This document shows positions 60,723-64,000 of a DNA stretch of 64,000 bases, piece after piece. Origin of the DNA: Acidimicrobiales bacterium. Lineage in GTDB: Bacteria > Actinomycetota > Acidimicrobiia > Acidimicrobiales > UBA8592. The notes under the pieces were generated by a model, which saw only the letters and a program-made list of their open reading frames with translations, had not been told where the DNA came from and did not search any database. A program made the translations under genes and the position numbers. Position 1 is the first letter of the stretch. Each line of letters opens with the position of its first letter. Where the stretch lies: contig JBKAGO010000053.1 of assembly GCA_046290435.1 (NCBI GenBank), forward strand, positions 568-64,567. The letters are read 5' to 3'.

Positions 60723-62260
60723 TGGGCCATCGTCATCTCCGCGGCACACGGACCCTGGCCGCATTCGTCGTTTCCGCCGCCACGATCGCGGCGGCCGGCA
60801 TCGGCTTGACGGCCGGAGCAGCCGGCGCCCAGGACGAGCTCCCGAGCGGACCGCCGGCAGACGAGGCCCCGAACACGGGGTCGGTGCCGGGCGGCATCGA
60901 CTTCGGCGATGCGGTCACCGTCGACGAGAACGGTGTCCGCTGGAACGTCGACGCCGAGACGGGCACCGCCGCCGATCCCGCCACCCCGGCGCAACCAGGC
61001 AGCGGCGAGGATGCGCCCCAGGGAACGGCCGGAACCGGCGAGCTCGAACGTATCCCGGCATCGGGTTCGATCAGCGAGACCACGCCGGCCGAAGGACCCG
61101 ACGAGACACCGGTCGGGGCCCGCGAACCCATCGAGACCATCGACGTCGATGCGGGATCGGGATCGTCCACCTTCGTCCTCGTCGGCATCGTCGCGGTCGT
61201 CGCCGCGCTGGCCCTGGCAGTCGTCGCCGTGCTCCGACGTCGCAAGGGCTCCGACGACCTCATCCGGGTCGAGGAGCCGATCGTCGCCAACGCCACCGCA
61301 GATCCCGAGTTCTCCGCAGCCACCTTCGACGGCGGCTACGACGGCGCCTCCGACGCCGGAGCCTACGAAGAGGGCGGGGCCGCCTACGCCCAGTATGCGG
61401 CTGCAGCGACCGGCGAGACCCCCGACCTGACCGCCGAGACCATTTCGACGCGCGACCGCATCACGACCATGCGCGCCGCCGTCGTCGACCGCGCCGACAA
61501 GGGCCTGGCCGACAGCGGCCGGGCGAAGGGGATCGCCACCAAACTCGAAGCCGCCGGGTCGAACACCCGACCGGGCGAGTGGCTCGTCATGACCGTGGGC
61601 CTCGTGGTCGGTGCGTTCTGTTTCGTGGCGTTCGTGGCCGGCATCATCTTCGGGGTCATCGCCGGGGCGGCCGCCGCCTACGCCAGCTGGTTCCGCCTCG
61701 CCCACCTCGAGGGCAAACGCCAGAAGGCCTTCTCCGACGACCTGCCCGAGACCCTCCAGTTGCTCGCCGGCAGCCTCCGCGGCGGCCAGAGCATGCTGCA
61801 GGCGATCCAGACCGTCGCCGACGAAGCCGACGAGCCGACTGCGTCGGAGTTCCAGCGCCTCATCACCGAGGCCCGACTGGGCCGGGACCTGGCCGTTTCG
61901 TTCCGCGACCTCTCCCGGCGCATGGACAGCAAGGACTTCGACTGGGTGGTGACCGCCATCGAGATCCACCGTGAGGTCGGCGGCGACCTCTCGAGCATCC
62001 TCGACCGTGTCGGCAACACCATCCGAGCCCGCAACCAGGTGCTCGGCCAGGTGAAGGCCCTCAGCGCCGAGGGCCGCATGTCCGGGCTGCTGTTGTTCAT
62101 GCTGCCCCCCGGCATGCTCGCCGCCATCTCCGCCCTGAACCCGGAGTACCTCCAGGAGATGATCGGCGAGACCGCGGGTCAGATCATGCTGGCCGTGGCG
62201 ATGGTGTTGCTCGGCGCAGGTGGCCTGTGGCTCAAGAAGCTCTCCAAGTTCGTGTACTGA
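60722..62260 (+). CDS. tadB: TadB-like (T2SS-F family) inner-membrane platform protein with a ~280-aa N-terminal extension
   Basis: The ATG overlaps the cpaF stop by 1 nt. Signal-like AAFVVSAATIAAAGIGLTAGAAGA, an acidic region, and TM FVLVGIVAVVAALALAVVAVL. T2SSF domain: LPETLQLLAGSLRGGQSMLQAI. Confidence 0.8.
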   Translation: MGHRHLRGTRTLAAFVVSAATIAAAGIGLTAGAAGAQDELPSGPPADEAPNTGSVPGGIDFGDAVTVDENGVRWNVDAETGTAADPATPAQPGSGEDAPQGTAGTGELERIPASGSISETTPAEGPDETPVGAREPIETIDVDAGSGSSTFVLVGIVAVVAALALAVVAVLRRRKGSDDLIRVEEPIVANATADPEFSAATFDGGYDGASDAGAYEEGGAAYAQYAAAATGETPDLTAETISTRDRITTMRAAVVDRADKGLADSGRAKGIATKLEAAGSNTRPGEWLVMTVGLVVGAFCFVAFVAGIIFGVIAGAAAAYASWFRLAHLEGKRQKAFSDDLPETLQLLAGSLRGGQSMLQAIQTVADEADEPTASEFQRLITEARLGRDLAVSFRDLSRRMDSKDFDWVVTAIEIHREVGGDLSSILDRVGNTIRARNQVLGQVKALSAEGRMSGLLLFMLPPGMLAAISALNPEYLQEMIGETAGQIMLAVAMVLLGAGGLWLKKLSKFVY

Positions 62261-62276
62261 GAGGGATGTCCGCACG

Positions 62277-63170
62277 ATGATCTCGATCCCTGCGCTGCTG
62301 TTGTTCGCCGGCGCCATCGGTGTCCTGGTCTGGGCCCTGGGCGGCTCACGCCAACCAGCAGGCCCCGTCGCCCCCGACGGCGAGACCAATGTCCGGGCCA
62401 TCGAGCTGGCCCCCAGCTTCTTCGACCGCGTCCTGCTGCCGACGATGACCCGCTTCGGGCGCATGCTCGCGAAGCCGATGCCGCCCGAACGGCTTGCCGT
62501 CGTCCGCAAGAAGATCGTGCTGTCGGGCAAGCAGCAGACCTGGAACACCGAGAAGGCGCTGGCCGTCAAGGCGTTCGGTCTCATGGTCGGCATCGCCGGG
62601 GCACTCGGGCTCATCGCGCTGCAACGGTCGACGCTGATGTTCGTCGCCGCCGGCCTCGTGCTCGCCTGCGGCTATTTCTCCATGGACTACTACCTGGACA
62701 AGGCCGCCGGAGCCCGCCAGCTCGAGATCCAGCAGGCGCTCCCCGACGTCTTGGACCAGATCAGCGTCTGCGTCGAGGCCGGCATCGGGTTCGACGCCGC
62801 GCTGCACCGCTGCTCGTTGTCGAACGACAACGCGCTGGGCGCCGAGCTCGGTCGAACCATGCAGGACATCCGCCTCGGCATGCCGCGACGCCAAGCCCTG
62901 TACTCGCTGCTCGACCGCACCGACGTGCAGGAACTCCGCCTCTTCGTGCGGGCGCTCGCCCAGGCCGAGAAGTCGGGCATCCCGATCGCAAAGGTGCTGT
63001 CCGTCCAGTCCGACGAAGTCCGCGAAAAGCGCCGCCAAGCCGCCGAGGAACGGGCGATGAAGCTCCCGGTGAAGCTCATCATGCCGCTGGTGCTGTGCAT
63101 CCTGCCGTCGCTGTTCCTCGTGATCATGGGCCCGGCCGCGATCCGGATGATGCGCAACGGAGCGGTCTGA
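62277..63170 (+). CDS. tadC: TadC-like (T2SS-F family) inner-membrane platform protein
   Basis: ATG 62277 after GAGGGA. LPDVLDQISVCVEAGIGFDAAL and QAEKSGIPIAKVL. The upstream part of ORF 62220..63170 is rejected. Confidence 0.8.
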   Translation: MISIPALLLFAGAIGVLVWALGGSRQPAGPVAPDGETNVRAIELAPSFFDRVLLPTMTRFGRMLAKPMPPERLAVVRKKIVLSGKQQTWNTEKALAVKAFGLMVGIAGALGLIALQRSTLMFVAAGLVLACGYFSMDYYLDKAAGARQLEIQQALPDVLDQISVCVEAGIGFDAALHRCSLSNDNALGAELGRTMQDIRLGMPRRQALYSLLDRTDVQELRLFVRALAQAEKSGIPIAKVLSVQSDEVREKRRQAAEERAMKLPVKLIMPLVLCILPSLFLVIMGPAAIRMMRNGAV

Positions 63171-63173
63171 GCG

Positions 63174-64000
63174 ATGTTCCGCCGACCCGGTCGTGAACGA
63201 GCGCCGGATCGGCGCCGAGACACCGGACGCGGCGCGGCCGCCGTCGAGGCCGGGCTGGTCTCGCTGATCGTGTTCGTGCTGTTCTTCGGGATCCTGGAGT
63301 TCGGCCTGCTGTGGCGGAACATCAACATCATCTCCAATGCCGCCCGTGAAGGATCGGAGCGGGCGTCACAGCTGACCCGCGAGGCCGACTACCACACCCA
63401 GGCGCTCGCCGAGATCGACGCGAACCTCGCCGCCATACCCCTCGGCGACGCCGAGGTGATCACGATCTTCGAGGCCAACCCCTTCACCGCCCAGCCCATC
63501 TCGGGCGCCGATCCCGAGACCTGCACCGTCGACTGCTACCGGTGGTTCCGCAACAGCGACGGCACCTGGACGATCGACGCCACCGCAGCATGGCCCGCAG
63601 CCGAGCACCAGACGTGCGACTACGTGGGCGTCTACATCCGGGGCCGCTACGAGTGGGCCACGACGTTCTTCGGTGCCGACCGGACGCTGCGCGAGGTCTC
63701 GGTCAAGCGCATGGAACCCGCCCCCGGCGACATCACCTGCCCCACGGCGCCGATGCCGACGGTCGAGCCGACGCCCACACCACTCCCGACACCGACGCCC
63801 ACGCCGACCCCGATACCGACGGCCACCCCCATCCCGACGGCGACACCCATACCGCCGCCGACGGCGACGCCTGGCCCCACGGCGACACCTCGTCCCACCG
63901 CCACGCCGACGCCGACCCCGGACCCGAGATGGACACCGACACCGACCCCGCGGCCCGCCGCCACGGCGACGCCCCGGCCGACTGCGACCCCGGCACCACC
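63174..64000 (+). CDS. TadE-like minor-pilin-type protein with a Pro/Thr-rich C-terminal region (3-prime partial, runs off the window)
   Basis: Not in the ORF track because there is no stop in the window. Hand translation from ATG 63174: MFRRPGRERAPDRRRDTGRGAAAVEAGLVSLIVFVLFFGILEFGLLWRN... (TadE N-terminal motif GxAAVE plus a hydrophobic helix), later ...TPTPLPTPTPTPTPIPTATPIPTATP... Confidence 0.7.
   Translation, partial: MFRRPGRERAPDRRRDTGRGAAAVEAGLVSLIVFVLFFGILEFGLLWRNINIISNAAREGSERASQLTREADYHTQALAEIDANLAAIPLGDAEVITIFEANPFTAQPISGADPETCTVDCYRWFRNSDGTWTIDATAAWPAAEHQTCDYVGVYIRGRYEWATTFFGADRTLREVSVKRMEPAPGDITCPTAPMPTVEPTPTPLPTPTPTPTPIPTATPIPTATPIPPPTATPGPTATPRPTATPTPTPDPRWTPTPTPRPAATATPRPTATPAP

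Overview
This is a gene-dense, very GC-rich 64-kb chromosomal segment (about 70% G+C by eye, not computed; third codon positions are almost all G/C). It looks actinobacterial: it carries an Rpf-type transglycosylase, a mycoredoxin-like glutaredoxin, an LprG-like/MFS pair, paired ArsA/Get3-like ATPases, and moeA-plsY-FmdB-SAF synteny. Any finer taxonomic guess would be inference.

I support 56 protein-coding genes and one tRNA-Ala(CGC). One of the genes, a TadE-like gene at 63174..64000, is missing from the ORF track because it runs off the window. I found no rRNA, CRISPR array, transposase or integrase.

Gene content by theme:
- Housekeeping: molybdenum cofactor genes (moaA, moaC, moeA), plsY, uppP, dxs, ferrochelatase, Nei/Fpg glycosylase, an ABC-F ATPase and an NfuA-like Fe-S protein.
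- CoA-ester metabolism: a CitE-like lyase, two crotonases, and an operon of VOC protein, IclR regulator, family III CoA-transferase and citrate-synthase-like lyase.
- TldD plus two PmbA paralogues.
- Envelope block at about 39-55 kb: a 1563-aa DUF2298/YYY membrane protein, a TIGR03663-like GT-C protein translationally coupled to a third GT-C-like protein, an Rpf-like protein, an LprG-like protein coupled to an MFS pump with an odd C-terminal module, and a MazEF pair.
- A Tad/Flp-type pilus locus at the right edge with unusual extensions on CpaF, TadB and TadE.

The structures least explained by ordinary annotation are these:
1. Perfect 21-30 bp inverted repeats with a near-constant 31-33 nt spacer, found in 3-prime intergenic positions. 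One supplies the last codons and the stop of a gene, and there is one decayed copy.
2. An ~810-bp convergent intergenic region with two ~180-200 bp direct repeats.
3. The function-unknown TIGR03662/TIGR03663-type membrane protein set.

Most very long alternate-frame ORFs in the track are GC artefacts. Hand-read repeat coordinates may be off by 1-2 nt.
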